Origin: Lama glama
Lineage: Eukaryota
Reading direction: 5' to 3'
DNA length: 64,000 nucleotides
Assembly: GCA_028534125.1 (NCBI GenBank)
Contig: CM052817.1
Span: 105,092,001 to 105,156,000, forward strand
The notes under the pieces are model-generated. The model did not search any database, was not told where the DNA came from, and worked only from the letters and a program-made list of their open reading frames with translations. Below, piece after piece: positions 25,741-38,734 of this stretch. The number at the start of each line of letters is the position of its first letter. Positions within the stretch are counted from its first letter, which is position 1. The position numbers were made by a program, and so were the translations under genes.

Positions 25741-27555
25741 GGAACATTGCTTTGATTGGTAACCACAAACATATCAGCAGGCTGCCCTCAGTTATTCACT
25801 CAAAATTGTTCCCTTTATGCCACTGTTATTCTTTTGTTGCATAAATATTCCATAATGGAAAAAATAAACTTAAATATCGAAAATGGATAATAAAATCAAT
25901 AGTGTACAAACTGAGTTACAGAATAATGTGATCATTTTTAAGTATGTGCAATATTTAAAATAATTTACTTAAAATAGATTAATATTGACATTCTAATTTA
26001 AGATACTTAGTTGAAAAAATGATGTATAGTGTGGCTTTAAATAGTAACCTTAAAAATCATACAAGCTGTATGTATACACATTTAAGAGGCCTGAATAGTC
26101 ACTGTAGTTATAAATTGAATTTATTAGCTTTATAAAAATATTAAAGGTTTTAAAAGGCTTATTTATTAGTAAATGTAAAGGACTTATAAAGCTAATAGAA
26201 TACAGTAAATTATGAATACAGTATTTAATCATTTACCTCAAAAAGTTAAAGTCAACCAAGAACTAAACTGGTATTCCAACCACATGAGGTTTATTTATTT
26301 TCTGCAAAAAGGAAAGGACTCAGGAAGAAACAGGGAGAACTTTTCTCTGCAAAACACACACTTGCACTGAATGATCGTAGGAGGCCGCAGCGAGTGGGTT
26401 GGCGAGGCTACAGGAGACGAGGGTTCACTTCTCCATTGACTGATGCCACTAGGTGAGGGCAGCTTAGCAACAGAGGATCTCTGATCTGTGTTCGAGAGCC
26501 ATGGTCAGTCGTGGGATAAGTCATCGGTGAGGAAGCAGGAACCCCTAAGAAGAGGGCTGGTATGACATTCGAGAGCTGTGGCATGACCTTGGAGAAACAG
26601 CCTCCTGCTGCCTTGGCAGCTGACTTCATCCATGTCTGTGTCAGCCGTCTGCTTAGTGGCAAGATTGATTTTCACGTGTGCAGTCCCGCTCTGATTTCTT
26701 TCACTCTGTTGATTTCAGATTAGTTTTTACTCTCTTACAACACAACTTTTTTTTCCTTTCTCTTTTTTTCCTTCCTTCCTTCCTGTATTCACCCCTCCCT
26801 TCTTCCCTGCCTTTCTTACTCTTTTGGGAAGGGAGATGGAAATTACATGCACAGACTGTACCCTCCATGTTTACTTTCTTCTCCAAAGCAAAGCACATGA
26901 CACGCCAGTCTGCTTTTGCCCTCTCCCCAAAATGCGGATGGGACTTTGGAGAATCCAGGACAATGATAGTTGACTAGAGTGGCATCGGAAGCTCCATTTG
27001 GTTCTTGAAAGTAAAATCTGTTTCTGGCCCTGAAGAGCAAAACAACTATGGCTGAGCAATTGGTATTTATAGCCAAGGTTTTTGCAAGCAGCAAAAAAGT
27101 CCCTCCTGATACTGAATTTTAATCCATTTGAAACCAAATCATAACTAAATCCCCAAGCTAACTTGACCTGTACTACCCAGAATTTTAATTTTTAAATTAA
27201 GATATAAGCAAACACATAGAGAGGGTTATGAGGACGGGAGCAGGACAGCACACTTGACTGGAAAGGTTTGAGTTTTCTTAGAAGAGCAACCCCTCTGGAG
27301 GAGGGGATGGGAAACCAGGGCTTGTTGCAGGTCTTCAGGGGGTCCCAGACCCCCATGAGTCAGAGGAGACCTCACGGCCAACAAGAGCTCTGAAGAAACC
27401 CAGTCACATACTGCTCTGATGACAAAACTTGCCGTTTGCTGAAAGTTGACTAAATATGGCTGCAGTGGAGTGCAAAGGTCCAGCTCTTCTTGTTAGCTTT
27501 AGAGTCTAATGAATGCTTCCTTCTTTATGTCCTGTGAATGCATTTCTTACACATT

Positions 27556-27672
27556 ACTTTTTTGTATTGAAGTGTAGTCAGTTTATGGTGTTGTGTCAAT
27601 TTCTGGTGTACAGCATCATGTCCCAGTCATACACATCCATACATATATTCTTTTTCACTATAGGTTACTACA
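27556..27672 (-). mobile_element. Short L1 3' tail with 12-bp TSD
   Basis: tattgaagtgtagtcagtttatggtgttgtgtcaatttctggtgtacagc; TTCTTACACATT at 27544-27555 and 27673-27684. Confidence 0.9.
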
Positions 27673-28334
27673 TTCTTACACATTCCTAAGGCTAAATGTT
27701 CTAACCCCTGAGACTGCAAGACTTTTCTTGTCTTTAAAGTAGTTTCTTAGCTATAAAGATGCCAACAAGTCGATTTATCTATAAATTAATTGATCAACTT
27801 CTCCATCCATAGCCAATGACTGATCTATACATAGATGGGTAATCCAGGTGGGTACAGTGAGAACCAACCATGAGCCATATCAACAAGATTTGCCTGACCT
27901 CTCTCCCTCCTTATCTCCCTGTCTCAGTAGCCCTCACTCCCGTCACTGAGAGTTGTTAAGAAGAGAGGATGTAAGCCTGGATCTGTTGGTGACTTATGTC
28001 CATGGTGGGTGGAGAAATGTGCCAAAGATCAGAGAAAACCTCAGAATCAATATGAAGGTAGAATTTACATATGAAAAGTATGAGACTAGGTCTTGATGAG
28101 TGTATTTGAGCTTCTGAGTCCAACTGTGTGTGATGACAGACACCTCCAGATTTCTCAGAAGTGTGGGCTAATATTTTATAGCTTTTCAAGAGCTATTTTC
28201 AAACTGAGGTTTTTTTCCTCTTAAAGTGGAAAGGATTGTACTCACTGAAATGATTGAACAACATTAGATGATTTATGCTCTATAGTGACCTGTTTCACAC
28301 ACTCACAAAACAAACTTTTTTAAAAAGTTGCATT

Positions 28335-28427
28335 CTTTATTACTGAAGTATAGTCAGTTTACAATGTGTCAGTTTCTGGTGTACAGCATAATGTTTCAGT
28401 CATACATGTGTATGTATATGTATGACT
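28335..28427 (-). mobile_element. Short L1 3' tail ending in fold-back
   Basis: tgaagtatagtcagtttacaatgtgtcagtttctggtgtacagcataatgtttcagtcatacat, followed by an inverted copy of the same segment. Confidence 0.85.
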
Positions 28428-28639
28428 AAAACAGACACTTTTGAGAGAAGATCAAAACACTTTGTTCCACATTCAGCAAAATACATTTAAATCCCAATAA
28501 CAAGGAATCTATTGTAAATTCTGGGGGGAAACCATGACTGAAAATGTTTGTCAAATGCTTATTATGTGCAAACTACCATATGACATTCCAGGGAATTTAA
28601 ATTTATATAAGAAATACAACATTTTTTTCTCAAGAAGGC

Positions 28640-29000
28640 TTCTTGATCCTTCAAGAAGCAGATGGCTTTTATTAGAGAATTAAACCTAAAAGATATTATC
28701 TGTAGGAATACTTTCCTGTGAAGGAAAGGGGGGGAGAGAGAGGCAGAAAAGGAGGAAAGAGAAGGTCTGACCCCTGCGAATTTGAGAGGGAAGGAAAAAG
28801 GAATGAGAGGAAGAGTTACAGCACAAAGCTGCCCACTGAGTAAGTCCTGCATCTCAGAAGATGAGCTGCCTAGTCAGGGAAGCTTGGCTTCAGCAAGTGC
28901 TTACAGGTGGATCCAGGGAGTCCCAGCAGTGGCACCTGCTAGTCAACCGTGGTCCCTGCATCAGGAGATTTGATGGGCACATTTTCACTGCTGCACATAC
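28640..29000 (-). mobile_element. Possible ancient ERVL LTR (LTR16-like)
   Basis: Purine-rich cctgtgaaggaaagggggg...ggtctgacccctg...gagagggaagg resembles antisense LTR16; family uncertain. Confidence 0.4.
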
Positions 29001-29397
29001 AACTAAAGGTAACAATGAACAAGAAGAGCAAAAACATAATAATAAAGTTTGCAAAACCATGGTATGGACACAAACCCATACAAATAGAACTGAACTGAAA
29101 TTTGAAAGAAACTTAATGTCTTAAGGGCTTCAGGCAAACTTAAAAGGAAAAAGTGATTATTTGACCTAGCCTTGAAGGCTGAGTAGAATTCCCATAGCAC
29201 AAGAGGTGGAAGAATGGCTCTGCAAGCAAGGAGAGAGACAAACTAAGGCAGGAAGGCATTGAAATACAGGGCATCCAGCGTTTCGATGGTCCTGGTATAC
29301 TTATGTGAGAATTAATTTGGAACAGATTGAGAAAAATGTATCATACCGGTCAAGAATGTGTTAGGAATTAATACATGTCAAGAAAGCAATAAAAAAG

Positions 29398-29730
29398 AGA
29401 CACAAATGAACTTATTTACCAAATGGAAGCAGACTCATACGCATAGAAAACAAACCTATGGTTACCAGCAGGGAAAGGGGGTGAGAAGGGATAAATTGGG
29501 AGATTGAGATTTGCAGATATGAACTACTATATATAAAATAGATACACAACAAGTTTTTACTGTGTAGCACAGGGAATTATATTCAATATCTGTAGTAAGC
29601 TGTAATGAAAAAGAATATGAAAACAAATATATGTATGACTGGACATTGTGCTGTGTTTCAGAAATAGACACGCATTGTAAACTAACTATACTGCAGTTAA
29701 TATATATATATGTAAAAAAATTAAAAAAAA
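29398..29730 (+). mobile_element. L1 3' UTR + A-tail
   Basis: acaaatgaacttatttacc, gggataaattgggagattgagatttgcagata, cacagggaattatattcaatatc, cattgtaaactaactatac + A-tail. Confidence 0.92.
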
Positions 29731-30014
29731 TAATTGTATGGGGGCTAATTCTGGTGTCAACAAAGAAGGTGGATTAGAAATGGAGGGATGAGGAGGGAGT
29801 AACAGGCAGCTCCAAAGTGAAGATGGGAGAAGATACTAAGGCATGTGGAGGTAAGGACAAGATGAAGGTGGTCAGTGTGGGGCAGCACAAGGAGGAAAGA
29901 CAGCAGTGGGTCTGGAATTACGCAGGACTCTGCCTTGCCCGATTGTGCAGCTCAATACTGTGGAATACAGACAGGTTTCAGGGACAAGATGCTCAGTTCA
30001 CACCTATTGAGTTC

Positions 30015-30205
30015 AAGACACAGAGCACGGCATATAAGATGGTCACTGCTTCAACCCAACCACCCGGGTTTGAATCGTGGCTCCACCACTGACTCTACGA
30101 GACCATGGGCAGGTCTCTTGAATTCTGTGTCTCAGTGTCCCTGTCTGTTAAATGGGAATACTGATACTATCTTATCTGCCTTTTAGAGTTGTTTTGAGTA
30201 TTGAA
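30015..30205 (+). mobile_element. MIR SINE
   Basis: ccgggtttgaatcgtggctccaccactgact...ctgtgtctcagtgtccctgtctgttaaatggg. Confidence 0.8.
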
Positions 30206-30649
30206 AGATTTTATTGGCTATAGCTATTAATTTATTGGTTATTATTATTTTTCAGAATGCTCATTAGTCATTTATATTATGTAATTGATAGCTTTGTTTT
30301 TCCCCACAACTCAAACAAAAAGCAACATTAGGCACCTTTATTGATGTGTACAACTCTTTATACATTTATAAACTGATAAAATGCTATAATTCTATACTAC
30401 TATATATATAGTACTTGTATATATACATATTTAAGTAGAACATAGTTATTTTTTGCTGAGTAAATGACTCTGCTTCATCAATTCCTAATCAGAGTTATTT
30501 GATTTGTTGTATTTCTGCTTTGTCCCATAGCTGACATCCTCTGGAAGCTCATTTGGAATGGTTTAGATAATAAAGAAAAATTCCTCAAATTAGGATATGT
30601 ACTTGTTTTTTTGAGAAAGAGGGAGAATCCAGGCTGAACTCTTCACTCT

Positions 30650-33250
30650 CCTCTCTTAAGCTAATGTGGGATTATAATTCACTTTCTCATACTTCATATT
30701 AAAGCAACAAATTTTATCTCTTAGCTGCGTTTTTGTTTTTATTTCCCAATGAAAAATTCTATCTCATATTGCCATTTCTGCATGTATAAATTTGAGCTCT
30801 TATCTACTTTTACTTACTACTCTGCTACAATTGGGTTATGATATTATCTTGTCTATGTAATACATTACACGTAATTACATTATAATAAACAAGGACTCTG
30901 TTCTCTTCACTCATCCTGCCATTTCTCCTCCTCGAATAAAGTTGAACTCTCGGCAATTCTATTAAATGTTAAGTATGAGCATTGTTATGAATATATAAAT
31001 ATTGTTAATAGTAGATCAAATGATTTACAATGACTATATTTTCTTTTTTTCTAATCTGATGAACTTTTACATTTTTCACTTGTTATGTGAACTGCATGCT
31101 TAAATTTATTTTCCCTGATCTATTGATTCATACTCCCCACTCCTCAGAAGTCTCCTTTCCAGAGTACCTCATCGTCCTATCTTTCTGCTCCAGTCCGGAC
31201 TCTTTAAAAGCAAGGTTAAAGTACTGCATGGCTATCAGCCTTAATTCTTGCATGTCATACATTTGTTTTCTTTTTTGCTTATTTCTTCTTTTTTGAAGCA
31301 ATATTTCAAGCAATTACCAGGAAATTAAAGGGGATAAAAGCTTATATTTTTCTGGGTACTTGCTTAATGAGAATGTTTCTAATGTATCTTTTACCTCGAT
31401 TTACATGCTGGTTGAGTGTAATATTCTAGATTAAAATTCTTCTTTCTCCAGGTTTCTAAAGGCTTTCTTCCCTTGTGTATTGCTGCTTCTGAGAACTATG
31501 CTGTCATTCCGACTTTCTCTCTTGTTTTTGTTTCTGGGGTTTCTTATTTCCCCCTTTTCGGAAGCTTTTTGAATCTTCCTTTCATCTTCAAGATTTGATT
31601 TTAAGATATAGGTATGGTTTGGTGTTGTTATTTCTCACTAGTGGTGCTGGGGAAATTCTTGGCCACTTCCAACTGGGAAAAAGATGGTCCTTGCTTCCAG
31701 ATAGTTTGTGCTTTACTCTCTGTGGTCAAAGCAATGTCGTCACAGCCACCTTGTATCTCCTCTGCATGGTAGAAGGGAATTATCAAAATCCCCTTCCCAA
31801 ACCACTGTGAGTTAGAATTTGTCAATGAGAAGTCCACCGGGGACAGCTGTGTGCACACACTGGGCAAATGATAAACTCTCAATGCAGAATTGCAAGAACA
31901 AAATCCACAGCAGTGATGCACCTTCCCTGCTTGTTGGACAGCAGCTGCCTGGCAAAGCTTAGAATTCTGAGACCCGAAGTGGGTACATGGAGAACGCCTG
32001 GGTATCACCTCCTTCTATTCAGTTTCCTGAATCTTTGCTTCCAGCCCTTACAGGGTGTCTGCCTCTCTAATTTTCTGTATTGAGAAAGTGCCTACGTGGG
32101 ACACCTAGAATGGCTTCTCTTTTTCTCAGTAAACTTGGCTGAAGCATCTTCTTTGCTCTTTCCTCCTTTTGATTCTCTCTGTCCGCACTGTTTAGAACCC
32201 CCATCATTCCATCAGCGACGTCCTTACATTGACGTTCTTTTTTCATTTTCTAGGCTTTTTCTTTTCTCTTTCTTTTGGTTGCACACTTAGGAAGTTTCCT
32301 TGATCTTCTCCTGTGATCATTTTATTGCTTGTTTTATTTTAGCTACCATGTTTTTCATTTCTAATAGTTGTTTCCTGATGTCAGATTGGTTTCCTTCGTA
32401 GCTTCCCATTATTTTATAGCTGACAGATCTTTTCCAGGAAATTTAACTGCTACATTTTTTATTTATGTTTACCTTCTGTTCCTCGCATCATGTCTTTTTT
32501 TTTTTAACCATTTACATTCTTTATTTAAATTAGGGTCTATGGTATGGGAAACATTCTATAAATGGCTGGTGAGCCTTAGAATCCCATTTAAGAATAAAAG
32601 AGCTCAGTGTAAGCTGCATTGCTGGGGAGGGTGAATGGATGGATTTTGATAAAAATTGCTCAGTTTCAGAGCTATTTTTAAAGGACACAATCGCCGATAT
32701 CCAGAGAAATTTCTTGACTCTTTTTAAGAATAAATTTCCATTTTCTCCTGGGAGCCTACACTTGGCTAGAAAGATTCTGTGAGTTGGAAGGGGGAAGCTT
32801 GGGGCTCCCATTGCTGGATGTGACAAATTTAATTAATCTCCTATTTTCCACTCCATAACTTATGCCTTCCACCTACCATTTCTGATGTGCCTGAAAGGGG
32901 AGAATATATCGTTCAATTTCTGGAGAAAATAAACTTCTAGTCTCATGCCTGTAGGGTGGGACACTTCAGCCCACATACTTATGATACCACGTGATTCTGA
33001 GTTAGTATTTTCCTTAAAATCTGCAGTTTATCTCTTTCCTGCTCTGCCTACCATTTTACCACCCTGTCTCCTTTCTAGCCTCAAAACTGTAGTTAACATC
33101 TCCTATCCACTGAAGTCACCTTTCCCATTTGATCTGAACCTGTAGCTGCTATATCTTGTAAATTCTATATTGTCATTTCATGGATGTCTTAAGAGGGAAA
33201 AGAAAGATGCATACGGGGTTAACCTTCCATGTTCAATAGGAAATCCCAGA
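30650..33250 (-). mobile_element. Very old L1/HAL1-like remnants (patchy)
   Basis: T-rich antisense character with ggttgagtgtaatattctagatt, tgctgcttctgagaactatgctgtcattc; boundaries uncertain. Confidence 0.45.
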
Positions 33251-36200
33251 GCCTATGATTTATTTACCATGCTTAATAGTAAAGCTTATTCTCGGGAGCA
33301 GAGAAGGGGTAAAGTAAGGACTGAAAAGGACAGAGGCTCAGCTTAACAGGTCAATTCCTCTGTAATTAGTCCTGTTTCAGACCAACTTCATCTAAATGCT
33401 TGGACTTACAGAACCTCTCATTTTGTTCTTATTCCATAAGACACTTGGATGCCCAGCAGCTGGGGGACAAAGCTCCTATGATTAGCATCCATTCTGTCTG
33501 TGCGACTTTCTCTGGGCTTAGATAACCATGTGGTGCCATCGCTGGTCCCATCTAAGCATCCAAAGCTTGCTGAAGGCAGAGCAGGGGAAATCCTGTCTGT
33601 TTTCTGGTCCCCCTCTGCACCAGCACTGCTGGTACCATGGGGCCTTGCCTCACCCACAGCATCCTGCCTTTCTCCATGGCTACTGATGCCCTGTGTTGGG
33701 ATGGGTGGACCTCGGGAAGCAGCTGCCACCTAGAGTCACAAACAGGAAATTAGGAGAGCCGTTCCTTTCTCAGCTTCCTGCCATGCCTGTTGGGATTTCG
33801 AACCTGAACTGAAATCAGGAACCTAGCATGTCAGCTCATAATAGTATTCCTTGATCTATCCATCCAAAGTGGAAGACTGTCTACGTCTGTCCTTTTGTAT
33901 TTTGACAGGCACAGCTCTTACATCATATCTTATTTCACTTAACAACTACTGACAGTTGCTCCTGACAATCGTGCCCTTTGTTCAGAGCTGCCCAGGCCTG
34001 CATTAAATATGTAACAGAAGTCGAGAAATGTGAAAGAATACAATGAAAATAATATAGAAATGTTAAATAAGTTATTATACATTTTTCATCATGGTATCAG
34101 CTATTCTCTTGCTTGCTTCTGAAAATCACCCGAGACTCAGGTCATTCTGTGAGCATAATATTACCTCCCCCTAATACACAGATGTTTCCTTCCAGATTTT
34201 CCTTCACATTACATGTTACCATCGAAGGGAAATAGAACAAGGTCAGAAGTTATTGTACCTTAACTTCCTCAACTTACCTGATGTAAAGAAACAAATAAAA
34301 ATAATTTCCCACATTGAAAAAGAATTCTTTCTAAACCACTGTATTACACAGCCAAAATTTATATAATGGAATATACAAGGGTATATGATTTTATACTGTT
34401 AGTATTTAAAATGTGCAAACACTGCAACACATTTTCATTCATTTTTTACTTTTATTTTTCATTTTCTATTTTTGTGCAATTTTGATCAAAGCAAATTACA
34501 TTTCCTTTTGAATTTTCACTTGACTTTCTAGAGGGCAAAATGCCAATATTACAATTTAAATAAATGAAGAAAACTTTCCTCAGCGTGGGGAAATCAGAAA
34601 TGCATGCTGTGTCTGCGAGCAGAATTAGAGTCTTTTAAGTGTCAAAGTTGAATTGCTTCTTCCCTAAGTACAATGTTAAAGTGTGTGCAGTTATTAATTC
34701 ACAATTGAATAGATATGAATATTTTACTTACATAAAACACCGCCTGCAGTGTGCTTGGATAGATATTCCAGAAATATTATGCAGAAAGGAACCTAAATTA
34801 TTTATTGAATCCTTGAGTTGTTTAGTGTCTCTGATTTTGAGAAGGTGCTCTCATATCTTCACAGCTGTCATCTCTGAATTAATTCAAGGGTTAACTATCC
34901 ATTTTATGATCTGTTCATATTTTCCCCCTCTTTCTGTCTGCCTCTTGTCTATTTTCTTATGAGATGGCACCAGAGACATAGCGTGAAAGAGGAACCAATG
35001 TGAGATGAGATGCAAAATGCCTCCATGAAAAGGCTGAACAGTACTAAGATGAATCTTTCTATTAGAATCTCAATTAGCCTGTAATCGTTTCTTCTATGTC
35101 ATATCCACATGCATCAGTCAAAAGCACTTGATGAGAAGAGTTCCCATCCTAATAATGACAATAAGCCAATGAGCAAAGCAAGCTGTTTAGTTGTTTAAAA
35201 TTATACATCTCAATTCAAAATGTGAGAAAATGACTAGAGTGCACGTATTCCCTTACCCATGTGTAGAAAACATCACATACTTTGAGAAACCATTTTATGT
35301 ATAAAGGAAAACACATTTCTTTTGTTACACAAAGAAAGCAACTCTGTGCTCCTTCTGAAACACAGAAGGAAATGAATACAAATCATCTCCGATAATCATC
35401 TAACCATGTGGGGGCAGCTTGCTGTCTTTATGACAACGGATTCAAACCTGGAGATTAAAAAATGTTATCCTTTTAATGCCTGAAAATGTTTTGTTCCTCC
35501 ATGTACTTGCCTAACATGAAAAACAAAAACAAAAACAGAAACCAAACGGTAGCCAGGTTGTTAACAATGCTTTTTCACACCACGGTTTGTGGCTGCCATG
35601 TTAGTTGGTGTTTCCAACATCAGTTAACCCCCCAACTCCTCTCAGGCGTTTGAGTTTGGTTCCTGAGGCTCAACCACTGTTAAGCTGCAATGCCGGAAGG
35701 AAATGGGAAAAACACACCTGGTTTTAGCTCTGATATGTGGGAAGAAGAAGGTGATTTCAAGTCTCAGCAATGATATTTTTCCTGATTTAAATCTACTCTA
35801 ATACTAGGAAGTAGTTTTCACCTTAATATTTCTGTTCATTAAATCATACTCAATCAAGAATCGTACATCAGCTATGCGTAGATTTCACACCATTAAAAAT
35901 TAGCTTGTATGAGTTGAAGATATGTCTCTGGGTCTTATTTTATTAGTTGAAGTGAGGAAAATCATTCTCCAAGGGCATTTTGATTAGAAAAAGGTCAGTG
36001 ACGGTGAGTGGACCTTGCCACTCTCCCCTTCCCAACCGCTGAATTCATATTTATTGTGGTAAGACAAACTTTTCTACTTCTCTTTTTTATATTTTATATT
36101 CTTCAACTGTACAATAAATAAAGTCATAATTACGACCTGCCTAACTTTTAAAAAGTGTTATGAAAGTTCCGGAGATGAAAGCCTTGAGATAGTTTGATGT

Positions 36201-36500
36201 CTCTAGATCAAAGGTGCTTCACAGGTATGAAGTACTTTTATTTATTTAAGGTGAATAAGATGTGCATTATTTCTGAAGCAACTAAGCTGCCATTCCTTAT
36301 AAATACAAAATGATCTAATCAGCACCATGGTCCCTGCTACCTGAAATTGCTTTGTGAGATAGGAAAAGGCAAGGGGTATCTTTGAGCATTTAGAGAATTA
36401 AGCTCTTAGAAATTTTGAGGGCAAATAGCCCTTAGCTCCAGGCTACTCCTGGTGTATTTGTGAGAGTAGCATTCCTTTGAAGTTAAATATTCTGTCCCAT

Positions 36501-36524
36501 CACACACACACACACACACACACA
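36501..36524. repeat. (CA)n microsatellite
   Basis: Directly visible. Confidence 0.95.
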
Positions 36525-36744
36525 AATTGAGCTGAGAGAAAATATTCTACTAATTAAGGCAAAAGAAGTTATATTTTTAATCTAGTTAAATAGTATATCT
36601 TCTTACAAGTAATGAAAATAACAAGGAACTTGCAAATTATTTTAAAACCAGTTTAGTTACGGTTGCCCACAGTAAAGTGATTAAATAAAAAAAAAATGGA
36701 GAAGCATCAGACAGATCAACGCCATTGAACCTGTAGGAAACATG

Positions 36745-37300
36745 GCTGTGGTGGTGATCTGTCATCTTTTGGTGGAAAGTGTCTGAACTTTCTTCGACGT
36801 TCTGGGTCTTCCCCCCCACCCACGTGTGAGTTGTGCAGAAGGCAGAGTATGTTAGTTACTCGAGAAAATGAAAATGAGAGACACACGCACTTTCCCACCG
36901 TCCTTCATAGCCAAGACGCAAGCACATGACCCAGGCTGTGAAATGCATTAACCCCGGAACTAAAGTGAGAATCTAGGGTCACTCATGCATAACCTAAGGG
37001 GACTCTCTCAGAAAGTAGTTTCCTGGGTGCCAGGGACAGCACTGGTGTCCAGAAACAGAGAACTGGCCATGCCAGTTACATACAGCATTTAGCATCTTAC
37101 CAGCGGCGGCAGTTAGGTTCTCAGATGGCTAACAACAGTGCCAATTTGGGTGTGATCTTCCTGTCTGTGAAACCTCAAACTTAATTTTCTAGTTACTCTG
37201 GCGGTTATGGGAACAAACCAAATCCATTTTCAGAAACATTTCTTCTATGATCAGAGTGGGATGGTTATATAGCTTGCAATTTGGATTCCTAACTGATTCA
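36745..37300 (+). mobile_element. Ancient ERVL LTR (LTR40/LTR16-like)
   Basis: gcacatgacccaggct motif and terminal gcttgcaatttggattcctaactgattca resembling ERVL LTR ends. Confidence 0.5.
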
Positions 37301-37554
37301 AAATGGAATTAGTAGCTCTAAGGCCTCATTACCACATTAAAATCCATTTAACACAACATTGACAAAATACTGTTATTTCAATACTCAGAATGAAGAAAGA
37401 TCAACAAGTTACATTCGTAAAAATATCAGGAGATAAGTTGGACTATCTTAATTGGGTCTTAATAAATGAAAAAGCTTTTATTCAAAGAAAAACATTTTGG
37501 CTGATTTTATAGTGGAAAATATTGTATATTTTATAGTAGGAAAAAAACATGAAA

Positions 37555-37765
37555 CTCAGAGCTTGTCAAATAAATTGATACCTAGCTTTTTTTTACTTTC
37601 CATCATGTGCCTTTAGATAGTCATTTAAGCTCTCTGATTCTCGATTTCCTCCCTCATATGGAGAATAAGAGATAGACTTTTCATGTGATATGATGGTTGG
37701 ATTAGAGTTGATAGATTTCAAATGCTTATCATAGCGTCTAGAGTGTGACAGGAATCCACAAAATT
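37555..37765 (+). mobile_element. MIR SINE (decayed)
   Basis: atgtgcctttagatagtcatttaagctctctgattctcgatttcctc...aaatgcttatcatagcgtctag. Confidence 0.55.
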
Positions 37766-38271
37766 ACGTTAATTGATATACAATGGGATACTAATGAGTC
37801 TTTTTAAATTGTTCTTTCTGGGCATGGATTTTAGCTCCGTGTGTTCTTAAATGTCTACAAGGTGGCTTCGGAGCCAGCCTGCCCATGTGCCCGCGTGACA
37901 CCCTTGGTATTACGCCAGTGCCCTTGCTGATGGTCTGGTGTCTACTATATTGATGATTAAATTTTTACCATTCTTAGTTGTACAAGGTATGGGTAGGGAC
38001 TGGAAAGCTGCTGGGCTGTTTAAACAGTATCATAAAACAAGAGAAACAATTTTGTAACACCTGAGTATTCATGTTTGCAGTTTGTATCTTTCCTGACCAC
38101 CTGTGACGGATACTATAGGTTGACTGCCCTACCTGAATTTTTCAGTTTACTTCTTGGTTTCTTAAGCTCAAGCTGAAGATCAATGAAATAAAGTGATAGG
38201 TTATCCCATCCCAATCTTCAACATGCCTTTTCGTATTGACTTTAGGTACCTTTGATGCAACGTTAATTTTT

Positions 38272-38734
38272 AATCTTTTTTTTAAATTGAAGTATACCTG
38301 GTTTATGATGTTGTGTTGGTTTCTGGTGTACAGTATAGTGTTTCAGTTATATGTTTATATATTCCTTTTCATATTCTTTTTCATTATAGTTTACTCCAAG
38401 ATATTGAATATAGTTCCCTGTGCTATAGAGCAGGACCTTGTTGTTTATCTACTTTGTATATAGTAGTATGTATCTGCAAATTCCAAATTTATCCCTCCAC
38501 CTACTTCCCTTTCCCTCTGGTAACTATAAGTTGGTTTTCTATGTCTGTGAGTCTATTTCTGTTTTGTAAATAAGCTTATTTGTGTCGTTTCTTTTTTTTT
38601 TAGATTTCACATACTAAGTGTTATCATACAATACTCACCTATAAAAAATAATAAAATAATGCCATTTGCAGCAACATGGATGGACCTGGAGATCATCCTG
38701 CTAAGTGACATAAGCCAGAAAGAGAAAGAAAAAC
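38272..38734 (-). mobile_element. 5'-inverted (twin-primed) L1 insertion
   Basis: Antisense 3' UTR ~38272-38630 joined to sense ORF2-end segment ~38631-38734; degenerate TSD acgttaattttt (38260-38271) / acattagttttt (38735-38746). Confidence 0.92.
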
